From positions 29,501 to 87,601 of the forward strand of contig MHXH01000024.1 of NCBI GenBank assembly GCA_001824435.1: DNA of 58,101 nt. The letters run 5' to 3'. Below the pieces are notes generated by a model. It ran no database searches, was not told the DNA's origin, and saw nothing but the letters and a program-made list of their open reading frames with translations. How positions within the stretch are numbered: the stretch's first letter is position 1; the number at the start of each line of letters is the position of its first letter. A program made the translations under genes and the position numbers. Source of the stretch: Parcubacteria group bacterium RIFCSPLOWO2_01_FULL_48_18. Lineage in GTDB: Bacteria > Patescibacteriota > Minisyncoccia > UBA6257 > WO2-01-48-18. Shown here piece after piece: positions 51,017 through 58,101 of this stretch.

Positions 51017-51177
51017 AGACCTCTTGCATAATAACCCTTTCTACTACAATTTCTCAATTTCGGCTGCGAATTTGTTGCTCCTCCTCAATGTATACTCTGT
51101 ATACAATTTCGTCGTCGCGCCTCTTCTCGCTCGAAATTGATAAATTTCGCGACGAAAAGTTATTATGCAAGAGGTCT
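51017..51177. mobile_element. 161-bp MITE-like element with 19-bp perfect terminal inverted repeats and a TAA flanking duplication
   Basis: AGACCTCTTGCATAATAAC (51017-51035) pairs with GTTATTATGCAAGAGGTCT (51159-51177). TAA occurs at 51014-51016 and at 51178-51180. The element has no credible ORF. Confidence 0.7.
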
Positions 51178-51194
51178 TAATCCGGTTACCTATG

Positions 51195-51848
51195 TTATTG
51201 TCCGCTTTGTTCGGAGATTGAGCCATCAACCGGCAGATGGACACTTGGGATTTCTTTATTCGGTTCCTGCGGCTGTTCTTGCGGCGGTTCATGAACGGAA
51301 AGTTCAAGACTGTTATATTTTTGATACTCCGGGATGTCCTCAATTCTTTCAAGACCGAGCATCCGCATCAAATCAAAACTGATCGTGTACAAATAAGTGT
51401 TGAGGCGCTTCGGATTTTCACGTCGGTCCACAAGTCCTCGAATAAGCAAACTTCTTAGGATGAACGTGGAATTCACTCCGCGGATGTAATCAATCTCGCT
51501 TCTTGCGAGCGGTCCGCGATACGCAATGATGGACAGCGTTTCAAGCGATGCCGGAGAAAGAAACTGAGAAAATTCCTCTTTCACGACTCCTTTGAGCAAC
51601 GGCGCATATTCGGATGCAGTTACCAACTGAGCCTCCTTTCCACGCACGACAACCCTCAATCCCCTCTTCCCATGCACCAAGTTATTTTGTAAGGACAAGA
51701 CGGCAACTTCCACCTTTTCTGCATCAACGCCCAGTATCTTCGCAAGCGCCGCAAAAGAAACCGGCTCCCCATAAATAAAAAGAAGGCTCTCGACCGCAGA
51801 GTCTAATTGTTCATTGTTCATTTCATATAATGGTACTTCATTCGTCAT
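51195..51848 (-). CDS. scpB: segregation and condensation protein B
   Basis: AVESLLFIYGEPVSFAALAKILG and a tandem winged-helix layout. It overlaps scpA by 4 nt. Confidence 0.9.
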   Translation of the reverse strand: MTNEVPLYEMNNEQLDSAVESLLFIYGEPVSFAALAKILGVDAEKVEVAVLSLQNNLVHGKRGLRVVVRGKEAQLVTASEYAPLLKGVVKEEFSQFLSPASLETLSIIAYRGPLARSEIDYIRGVNSTFILRSLLIRGLVDRRENPKRLNTYLYTISFDLMRMLGLERIEDIPEYQKYNSLELSVHEPPQEQPQEPNKEIPSVHLPVDGSISEQSGQ

Positions 51849-52564
51849 CTAGACTGCATTTTTTTAATTTCGATGTCTCCAAAGAGGGTTTTCTGTTCTG
51901 CCTCCAGCATTCTTTCTTTCAAGAGTTGAAGAACGGCGAGAAAGCTTACAATGATCTCCGCTTTTGTAGAATGTTTCAACATATCACCAAAGACGGCCGT
52001 AATGCGCTGTTTGAGATGTTCGATGATCTGATGTATTTTATCCTCGATCCTCATGCCCTCTATACGAATGCTTTTCTGCTCCAAAACAAATTCCTGCAAC
52101 ACGGCGAATACCGTTGCCACACAACTCGTGAGTCGTTCGACGGTGATATTCGAAGCCGGATAGAATCCGACGGGCAAACCGCGCAAGTAATCTTTCTTGA
52201 AAAGGAACGCTCGCCGTCCAAGCAAGTCGCTGATAGAGCGCGAGGCGCGACGGTATTCACGATAGAGGCGCAAGCGCGCTTCCAGGTTGCCAATTTCCTC
52301 TTCTTCTTCAACGGTCAATTTCAATTCGGGTATGAGCAGTTTCGACTTAATAAGGATGAGTTTTGCGGCGACAACCAAAAAGTCCGCCAGCATTCGCGGT
52401 TCGATGTCCGCGGCTGTTTTAACATATTCAAGAAAGTCGGCAGTGATCTCGCTCAAACTGAGAAGACTGATATCTAGTTTTTTCTCTTCAATGAGCTCTA
52501 ACAACGCATCAAACGGTCCGGCAAACTGCTCAAGTTTTACCTCATAAAAGGGAGTCACGCTCAT
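51845..52564 (-). CDS. scpA: segregation and condensation protein A
   Basis: FAGPFDALLELIEEKKLDISLLSLSEITADFLEY. I use ATG 52564 as the start, and the track TTG at 52594 is an alternative. Confidence 0.88.
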   Translation of the reverse strand: MSVTPFYEVKLEQFAGPFDALLELIEEKKLDISLLSLSEITADFLEYVKTAADIEPRMLADFLVVAAKLILIKSKLLIPELKLTVEEEEEIGNLEARLRLYREYRRASRSISDLLGRRAFLFKKDYLRGLPVGFYPASNITVERLTSCVATVFAVLQEFVLEQKSIRIEGMRIEDKIHQIIEHLKQRITAVFGDMLKHSTKAEIIVSFLAVLQLLKERMLEAEQKTLFGDIEIKKMQSR

Positions 52565-52597
52565 GATTATATTGTGCCATAAGAAAGCCGCCAACTG

Positions 52598-53956
52598 CTA
52601 GGGGGTTAGGGCTTCTTTCGTATACACGTTAGATGGGCTCCACAACATCCACCCTATCTCCGGTTCGCAGTCTTCTGAAGAAGCGGATGATCCTTGAAGC
52701 ACATTGCACCACGCATCGTATAATCCTTGAATCTGAGCCCGCACCATAGAAGCATCGTAATCAGCTCCTAGGTCAAAATCTTGAAGCCATGGACGCAGCG
52801 CGATCATTAATCTTTGGTTACGAACCCCTAATATGTTCTGATCGTTACTCCCAACAGCTTCCGTCAATAACCGCTTAAAGGCTTGTTCTGCGGAATAACG
52901 AACTATTTCATACGGATGCTCTGCGGGATTATCGTACCCTAAAAAACCCGGCGAATAGTGAGACGGATACACCATGGGAGATATGAAGTTGAAATGGTGC
53001 ACGGCGTTTTCCAGCACTTGACCGATTCCCAAGTCATCTTTCCTCGCTGTTGACAAACCGAACAGATCGACAGACAACTTTACTCTCACGGCCTCTCCCC
53101 CTTCTTGCCGTAAACTGTCGTCTTCTGCGGGTCGCAGCTCGTCATGCAAATACTTAAAGAAGTTCTCTATTATTTCGCTCTTAGGGATATCCCGATCCCA
53201 GTAAGGAAATACCATATCTTCCAAATCCCCGTCAGACGGAAAACGAACGTAATCAAAATTAATTTCATCAAAGCCGCGCCGCGCCGCTTCTTTGGCAATC
53301 GCGATATTGTAATCCCACGCCTCCTGGCTTGCGGGATCAATCCATAAAAGACCTTTTCGATCCTGCCAAGGGGCGCCGGTTGAGCTGCTCTTGATGGCCA
53401 GATCCGGCCAAGCTTTCGCCAATACCGGATCTTGAAATACTGAAATTCGCGCAATGACATATATATTTTTATCATGAAGCTCCTTGATGAGCGCATTGAG
53501 TTTCGGAATCCTTATTTGCTCGGCGCCGTACCGACGCACGAGATCAAGTTCGGAATCATACGCGACGTAGCCGGAAAAGTCTTTGATATCAATAACAATT
53601 GCATTCAGCTCCGTAGTCTCTATCAGGTTAGAAAAATATTTCATGCGGTTTGCCGAGGACACAGACCATGAAGTCGCATATATTGCCTTTACTATGTCCG
53701 GCGGCTTTGCAAGAGGTTTTTGAATGGCAATGTCGATTATTTTTGCTGCCGGGCCGATAATCGTGAGGGGTTCCTTCAGATCACTGATGGTTGCCTCATA
53801 TTCGGGCACGGTAAACGGCTCTTCGGTCCTCAAAGAAAGCTTACCTACCCCCACATCGCTTTTATCAAGGATGATTTCATGGCGAGCTGTTGCCAATAAA
53901 AAAAGGCTGCCGCCAAGCAGCCCCAACGAAAGAGCGACGATCATGAGTTTTTTCAT
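52598..53956 (-). CDS. secreted TIM-barrel putative glycoside hydrolase (DUF4015/GHL-like)
   Basis: Signal peptide MKKLMIVALSLGLLGG, with VKAIYATSW...LNAIVIDIKDFSGYVAYDS...IYVIARISVFQD...GFDEINFDYVRFP. An alternative start is GTG 53962. Confidence 0.7.
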   Translation of the reverse strand: MKKLMIVALSLGLLGGSLFLLATARHEIILDKSDVGVGKLSLRTEEPFTVPEYEATISDLKEPLTIIGPAAKIIDIAIQKPLAKPPDIVKAIYATSWSVSSANRMKYFSNLIETTELNAIVIDIKDFSGYVAYDSELDLVRRYGAEQIRIPKLNALIKELHDKNIYVIARISVFQDPVLAKAWPDLAIKSSSTGAPWQDRKGLLWIDPASQEAWDYNIAIAKEAARRGFDEINFDYVRFPSDGDLEDMVFPYWDRDIPKSEIIENFFKYLHDELRPAEDDSLRQEGGEAVRVKLSVDLFGLSTARKDDLGIGQVLENAVHHFNFISPMVYPSHYSPGFLGYDNPAEHPYEIVRYSAEQAFKRLLTEAVGSNDQNILGVRNQRLMIALRPWLQDFDLGADYDASMVRAQIQGLYDAWCNVLQGSSASSEDCEPEIGWMLWSPSNVYTKEALTP

Positions 53957-53958
53957 GT

Positions 53959-54189
53959 TCACTGTGCTCCAAACCTTTCAGCAACCTTTGAAGCTTTAGC
54001 GCCGTCAAAGAAAATACTTTCTTCCGCCCGGGGCTCGGGAATGTCGGTGATAAGATGGACGGTTTCAACCAAAAACGCGACCGTCCAGATAAACACCAAA
54101 ATTGCCGCAAGGAAAATTAACGCTGTAACAGCTGGATATATCATTTCGCGAAGATGGATGGATTTCAGTTTATGAAATAGCGTATGCAT
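53959..54189 (-). CDS. hypothetical small single-pass membrane protein
   Basis: 76 aa with a TM segment (YPAVTALIFLAAILVFIWTVAFLV). It is tightly packed between the pseudopilin gene and the hydrolase gene. Confidence 0.45.
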   Translation of the reverse strand: MHTLFHKLKSIHLREMIYPAVTALIFLAAILVFIWTVAFLVETVHLITDIPEPRAEESIFFDGAKASKVAERFGAQ

Positions 54190-54217
54190 AGTAGAAGAAG
54201 CCCCGCTTCAGGGCAAC

Positions 54218-54727
54218 TCAGCGCAACGAAATCGTTGTTTTGGCAGAATTCGAATAACGCATATTGAGATTTCCCTTGTCATTATACCCTATTTGAAAAT
54301 TGATGGTAACCGTCGGTTTTGCCGGCGATGAATTGACGGTCTTGGCAAACAAGCACGATGCATCGCTTGAAGACGAAACGGTCACCTTGTCGCTTGTAAT
54401 AGCCCTCGTGCCTGAAGCATCGATAATCTCCAGTATTCCTGTATTGATCAGAAAAGTAGTTGTTGCTCCGCCGATAGCCAATTCCAAGGCATTCAAGGGA
54501 CAACTACCGGTCGTGGTAGCATTCGAAGCGTCGTAAATCGATCTTGAAATGACATCAAGGGCAAAACGGATATTTTGCTCAACTTCGAAACGCGAACTTC
54601 CAAACTCTCCCCCTTTCAATACAACCAGCAAAATATTCACGATCAAAAGAGAAATAATCGAAAGGATGGCAATATAGATGATGAGCTCGATAAGAGAAAA
54701 ACCTTTCGTGGCAGCTCGATAGCTCAT
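54218..54727 (-). CDS. pseudopilin (prepilin-type N-terminus)
   Basis: MSYRAATKG|FSLIELIIYIAILSIISLLIV. Confidence 0.85.
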   Translation of the reverse strand: MSYRAATKGFSLIELIIYIAILSIISLLIVNILLVVLKGGEFGSSRFEVEQNIRFALDVISRSIYDASNATTTGSCPLNALELAIGGATTTFLINTGILEIIDASGTRAITSDKVTVSSSSDASCLFAKTVNSSPAKPTVTINFQIGYNDKGNLNMRYSNSAKTTISLR

Positions 54728-54816
54728 TAGCTTGACAGCTCGTTAGTACTAAACGGCGGAACCAAGTTTTGGCTTGGCGTAGCCGCTAACGAGCTAGCCC
54801 TAGCTAACGAACTCAC

Positions 54817-54924
54817 TAGTACTTCATTAACTTGATTTTGCCTGGCCCTGTGACAAAAAAACACTGTATTTATAGGACGTCTTGTGACAACGATGGTATC
54901 AAAATTAAGTTAATTCAGCACTAG
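54817..54924 (+). repeat. ~107-bp MITE-like element, copy 3
   Basis: It has the same termini and interior as 22076-22182, with scattered substitutions. Confidence 0.85.
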
Positions 54925-55031
54925 TACTTCATTAACTTAATTTTGACACCGCTTGCAAGCATACTATATTGCATAAATACAAATGTTTTTTATCGGCGGA
55001 GTATACCAAAATTAAGTTAATTCAGCACTAG
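54922..55031 (+). repeat. MITE-like element, copy 4 (same termini, unrelated interior)
   Basis: It shares TAG with copy 3 at the junction. Its termini are TAGTACTTCATTAACTTAATTTTG...CAAAATTAAGTTAATTCAGCACTAG. Its last bases contain the stop codon of the giant ORF. Confidence 0.8.
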
Positions 55032-58000
55032 GGTGACCAGTTCACAATCACATCATTTACCTGCGGCGTTACATTGGCCGGATCAGTGCAATTAGCAGAA
55101 CATAAATTAACCTTGTAGCGGAAGTAACGCTGATTATTATGGATGGAAAAACACTCAATGGGCGCAGGCGTATCTGCATTCGGTTCATAATAGGTGCTTG
55201 CGGTGCAGTCGATCCCGACATCGGTCCATGTGCCGCTCGAACAGGCCGGAGGATTTATAGCGCCGTTTGCGCAGTTCGACGTTCCAAGCTGGATTCTAAC
55301 CCTTGATCCGACCGGCTTTGTCCCTTTCCACAGCAAAGAATTAAATCCGACTCCATTGGGAGCGACTGTATCAAACACCGCAGAAACAATCGTGCCTTGC
55401 GCCGGATAGAGCGAAGTATTCGCTTGAGCATAGCGAGCGTATACCCCCAAATCAGCGCCGGCATCTGTGAGGCGGAAATAATAGGTGGTACTGCCGTTTG
55501 CGTTATTCGTGGAACGAAGCACGTACTCTATTTCTGTAAACTGCGTCTCCGTAAGAATAATACCGGGTGTCTGATTGGATGTTTCTTGCTGGGTGCCGGA
55601 AACAAACGTGGTATTATCATCTGTCAAGCCTCCAAACACGTTGGTCGTAGAAGATCCCTCTTCGAGATATGTTGACGTTACGATATTCCATGCATAAGCT
55701 CCCGAGGTAGAAACATCCAGCCATGGACCAGCTGTCGATGTGGAAAATTGAAGCCGATACTGCACGCTTGCCGAAGCGCCGTTTCCGCGATTGGAAATTT
55801 CGATGCGCAGCCGCTTGGTGGAATTTTTATCGATCAGTATAAAACTGTCTTCGGAACTTGCCCATGTTGCCGCCACTTCATTCCCGTCATCATTTCTCCA
55901 ACGATAATGAATCTGCGTAAGATTCGGCGATGTCGCGGAGAGCGTCGCAGAAGCGTAAATCGAATACGTATCCAAATCAGCGCCGGCATTGGTCAAGCGG
56001 AAAAAGTATGTCTGGCTGTCAATTGCAGTCGAGGTTGCCCTGACCGAAAACTCAACCTCGGTAAATGAACTACTCGAAAGCGTGATGCCGACCGTTTGCA
56101 CGGATGTATCTTTTAGCTGCCCCGCGACAAAACTTTTTCCCGGAGGATCATTAAGTCCTCCGGATACATTTGTGGTCTGTGCGCCATCAAGAAACCTCCA
56201 CGAATCGTATACGACCCAATGTGCCGATGTAGCGGTGAGAGTACCCACCTGTTTCCATGAGGAGGATGCAGCTGCGGCGCTTGTGGCATACTCGAGCCGA
56301 TATGCAACGGGCAGAGAGCTCGTCGACCCTTCGTTGGAAACCTGAAGCCGTAATCTCCGAGAGGCATATTTATTAAGTCCGGATATTGAGATATTTTCTC
56401 CGGCAGCCCAAGTCCCGTTTATTTCATTTTCATCGTCATTGCGCCAACGATATCTGATTTGAGTGAGGTTTACGATTCCTAAAGTCGATGTTGCGGTCAT
56501 AACCGTCGGGTAGTTAATATATCCTCCGCCCCCTGCGGCGAAATCGGCTCCATCAGATTTAATCATTCTGAAATAATACGTGGTGGATGCCGTCGCTCCG
56601 TTGTTCTGAATCACCCAATCCCATTCACCGAGGTTGTTAACCGGAATGGTATTGGGCGTGCCGACGGAATCGTTTTCTTCTTCGTAAGATTCGGCGATGG
56701 TAGAGGAAACAAGTTTTAATGGAAGCATAAGCGTTTCGCCGTCAGCAACGCCGGTATTATCAACGCCGCGCCAAATAGTTGAAGAGGTAAGCGTGCCAAC
56801 ATCTGTCCACCCTGAAGAGGTTGCAGTAGAATATTGCAATTTGAATGTATTTCCGACAGTGAGCGCGGCGGTTGTTGCCTTTACATTCATCCTCAAACGA
56901 TACACCGAGGTCGAAGTTGCTCCTGAAAATGTCTGATTTTCTCCGGCGGTCAACGCCGCGCCCGGAGATGAAGATGCTTGGTTGACGTACCAGCGGTAAT
57001 CCTGTTGGGTTAAAACTGCCGGCGGCGCAATAATCGTAATTTCAGGATAGCTGCTATAGATAGTAAGGGGCGCACCGCTGTCAGTAAGCCTAAAACAATA
57101 CGTTTCCCCATTCACCGAATTTGCGTTCGCAAAAAAAGCATATTCAAGCTCAGAATACTGGCTTGGGGCAAGCGTAGTGGTTGTGGCTTGATTTGACGGA
57201 TATTCAATCGTTCGGCCCGGGATAAAACCATAGCTCTCGGAGTTGGCAAGGCGTGCGGTGGTTGAGGCGCCATCGCGGTAATATGTGGTGGTTGCCATCT
57301 CGAAATGTTCGGTCGTTGCCAAAGCAGGAACCGCTGTCCAGGCCGTTGATGAAGCGCACGTCCCCGATTTCGATGCATACTCAATCCTGTATGCTCCTGA
57401 AGTCGCTACGGATGTATTGGCAAGTTCGATGCGAAGCCGGAGTATTTCGTCTTTCGGACTGCTGGTTGCGACGTCTTCTGGCGCATGCCATTCTGCTTGT
57501 CCCACCGTGATCAATGTCGGATATCTGCTGTAGGAATCAAGGGGATTGTTGTCGCTTTTTGCCATGCGGAAATAATATGTTGTTGACGCTTGCGCATCCC
57601 AGTCTTCAATCGTCCAATCGAATTCTCCGAAACCGCCGTTCGGTATCGCATTGGGAGTTGCAGTTGCATTGTTTTCTTCTTCATATGATTCAAGCACGGT
57701 TGAAGAAGAAAGCGTGGTGGTTGCCAAGATGACGCCATCGTCAACCGAAGTGTTATCAGCGCCGCGCCAGGTCACGCCCGAATTAATCACTCCCACATCA
57801 ATCCAACCGCCTACGGTAGAAGTTGAATACTGTAATTTATACACCTGTCCGGATACAAGCGTTGCTCCAGAGGCTTTGATATTCATTCGCAGCCGAATCG
57901 GCGGCTCTTTGGCAATGTCGGTTGCGGTTGCGTTTAATGCGGCCAGCGCGGTTGCCGGAGTAATCCCGTTGGTATTTTGGTACCAGCGGAATTGTTCTTG

Positions 58001-58101
58001 AGAAACTGTTACGACTGCCGCCGGCGTCCCCGACGCCTCCACTCCGGTAACCGAATAATTTCCTCGAGTATCCTTGGCAAAGATGCGGTAAAAGTAGGTA
58101 G
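55028..58101 (-). CDS. giant modular extracellular protein (at least five ~155-180-aa beta-rich modules plus a Cys-containing C-terminal domain); 5' end beyond the window
   Basis: Each module opens with Q(E/I/Q)x(F/Y)RW(Y/R)xN and closes with TYYFR(M/L)xxxxG. The frame stays open upstream of the track GTG (58042) to the window edge (...YFYRIFAKDTRGNYSVTG). No TM segment is present in the visible part. Confidence 0.8.
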   Translation of the reverse strand, partial: TYFYRIFAKDTRGNYSVTGVEASGTPAAVVTVSQEQFRWYQNTNGITPATALAALNATATDIAKEPPIRLRMNIKASGATLVSGQVYKLQYSTSTVGGWIDVGVINSGVTWRGADNTSVDDGVILATTTLSSSTVLESYEEENNATATPNAIPNGGFGEFDWTIEDWDAQASTTYYFRMAKSDNNPLDSYSRYPTLITVGQAEWHAPEDVATSSPKDEILRLRIELANTSVATSGAYRIEYASKSGTCASSTAWTAVPALATTEHFEMATTTYYRDGASTTARLANSESYGFIPGRTIEYPSNQATTTTLAPSQYSELEYAFFANANSVNGETYCFRLTDSGAPLTIYSSYPEITIIAPPAVLTQQDYRWYVNQASSSPGAALTAGENQTFSGATSTSVYRLRMNVKATTAALTVGNTFKLQYSTATSSGWTDVGTLTSSTIWRGVDNTGVADGETLMLPLKLVSSTIAESYEEENDSVGTPNTIPVNNLGEWDWVIQNNGATASTTYYFRMIKSDGADFAAGGGGYINYPTVMTATSTLGIVNLTQIRYRWRNDDENEINGTWAAGENISISGLNKYASRRLRLQVSNEGSTSSLPVAYRLEYATSAAAASSSWKQVGTLTATSAHWVVYDSWRFLDGAQTTNVSGGLNDPPGKSFVAGQLKDTSVQTVGITLSSSSFTEVEFSVRATSTAIDSQTYFFRLTNAGADLDTYSIYASATLSATSPNLTQIHYRWRNDDGNEVAATWASSEDSFILIDKNSTKRLRIEISNRGNGASASVQYRLQFSTSTAGPWLDVSTSGAYAWNIVTSTYLEEGSSTTNVFGGLTDDNTTFVSGTQQETSNQTPGIILTETQFTEIEYVLRSTNNANGSTTYYFRLTDAGADLGVYARYAQANTSLYPAQGTIVSAVFDTVAPNGVGFNSLLWKGTKPVGSRVRIQLGTSNCANGAINPPACSSGTWTDVGIDCTASTYYEPNADTPAPIECFSIHNNQRYFRYKVNLCSANCTDPANVTPQVNDVIVNWSP

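Noticed and set aside
51044-51352. 102-aa ORF on the minus strand
   Set aside because: It spans the MITE-like element and overlaps the 3' end of scpB. Its composition is basic and low-complexity, and it has no start context.
55028-58101. Diversity-generating retroelement target (template/variable repeat pair) in the giant protein or elsewhere
   Set aside because: No reverse transcriptase ORF is in the window. I found no near-identical nucleotide repeat pair differing mainly at adenines.

Overview
This 58.1-kb window holds about 55 protein genes. I found no rRNA, tRNA or CRISPR array. My inference is that it comes from a small-genome Patescibacteria/CPR (Parcubacteria-like) bacterium using the standard genetic code. 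The evidence is the gene content: metK, def-fmt, rplY, rplI, rpmA, gltX, a cell-wall block mraY-ftsW-murG with no murD, scpA-scpB, a PriA-like protein, a sortase, a CAP-domain protein, a GT3-type glycogen synthase with a debrancher, and many secreted repeat proteins. There is also a type IV pilus locus (pilB, pilC, five pseudopilins) with no pilM/N/O or secretin gene in the window. Most genes lack a visible Shine-Dalgarno sequence, and TGA and TAG both end conserved genes at the expected length.

The coding observations worth a second look are:
- a pilus/surface block (11.6-23.1 kb) with a PilB whose N-terminus looks like an IS5/Harbinger-type transposase HTH, a pseudopilin fused to an LVIVD beta-propeller, and an 878-aa Cys-repeat protein ending in a Kazal domain
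- a second pilin next to a giant modular surface protein that runs off the right edge
- two tandem 410-aa paralogs of unknown family (4950-7477)
- in-frame repeat insertions in a PfkB kinase and in GltX
- a sortase broken by one in-frame TAG
- a PriA without Walker A/B motifs

The non-coding DNA is unusually patterned:
- 7-nt-period tandem repeats, often as inverted pairs, fill many intergenic gaps and also occur inside the fmt and priA coding sequences
- a ~107-bp terminal-inverted-repeat element occurs four times
- a 161-bp MITE-like element has a TAA duplication
- a hairpin-plus-CCGGGTTGTAAC element family occurs at five or more sites
- an identical 33-bp palindromic element occurs at two loci
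- a 158-nt nested hairpin sits in a 424-bp gene-free gap
- a GC-rich structured leader follows a near-consensus promoter
- a self-contained 55-codon high-GC gene cassette is absent from the ORF track

All family assignments come from motif recognition by eye. No database search was run.
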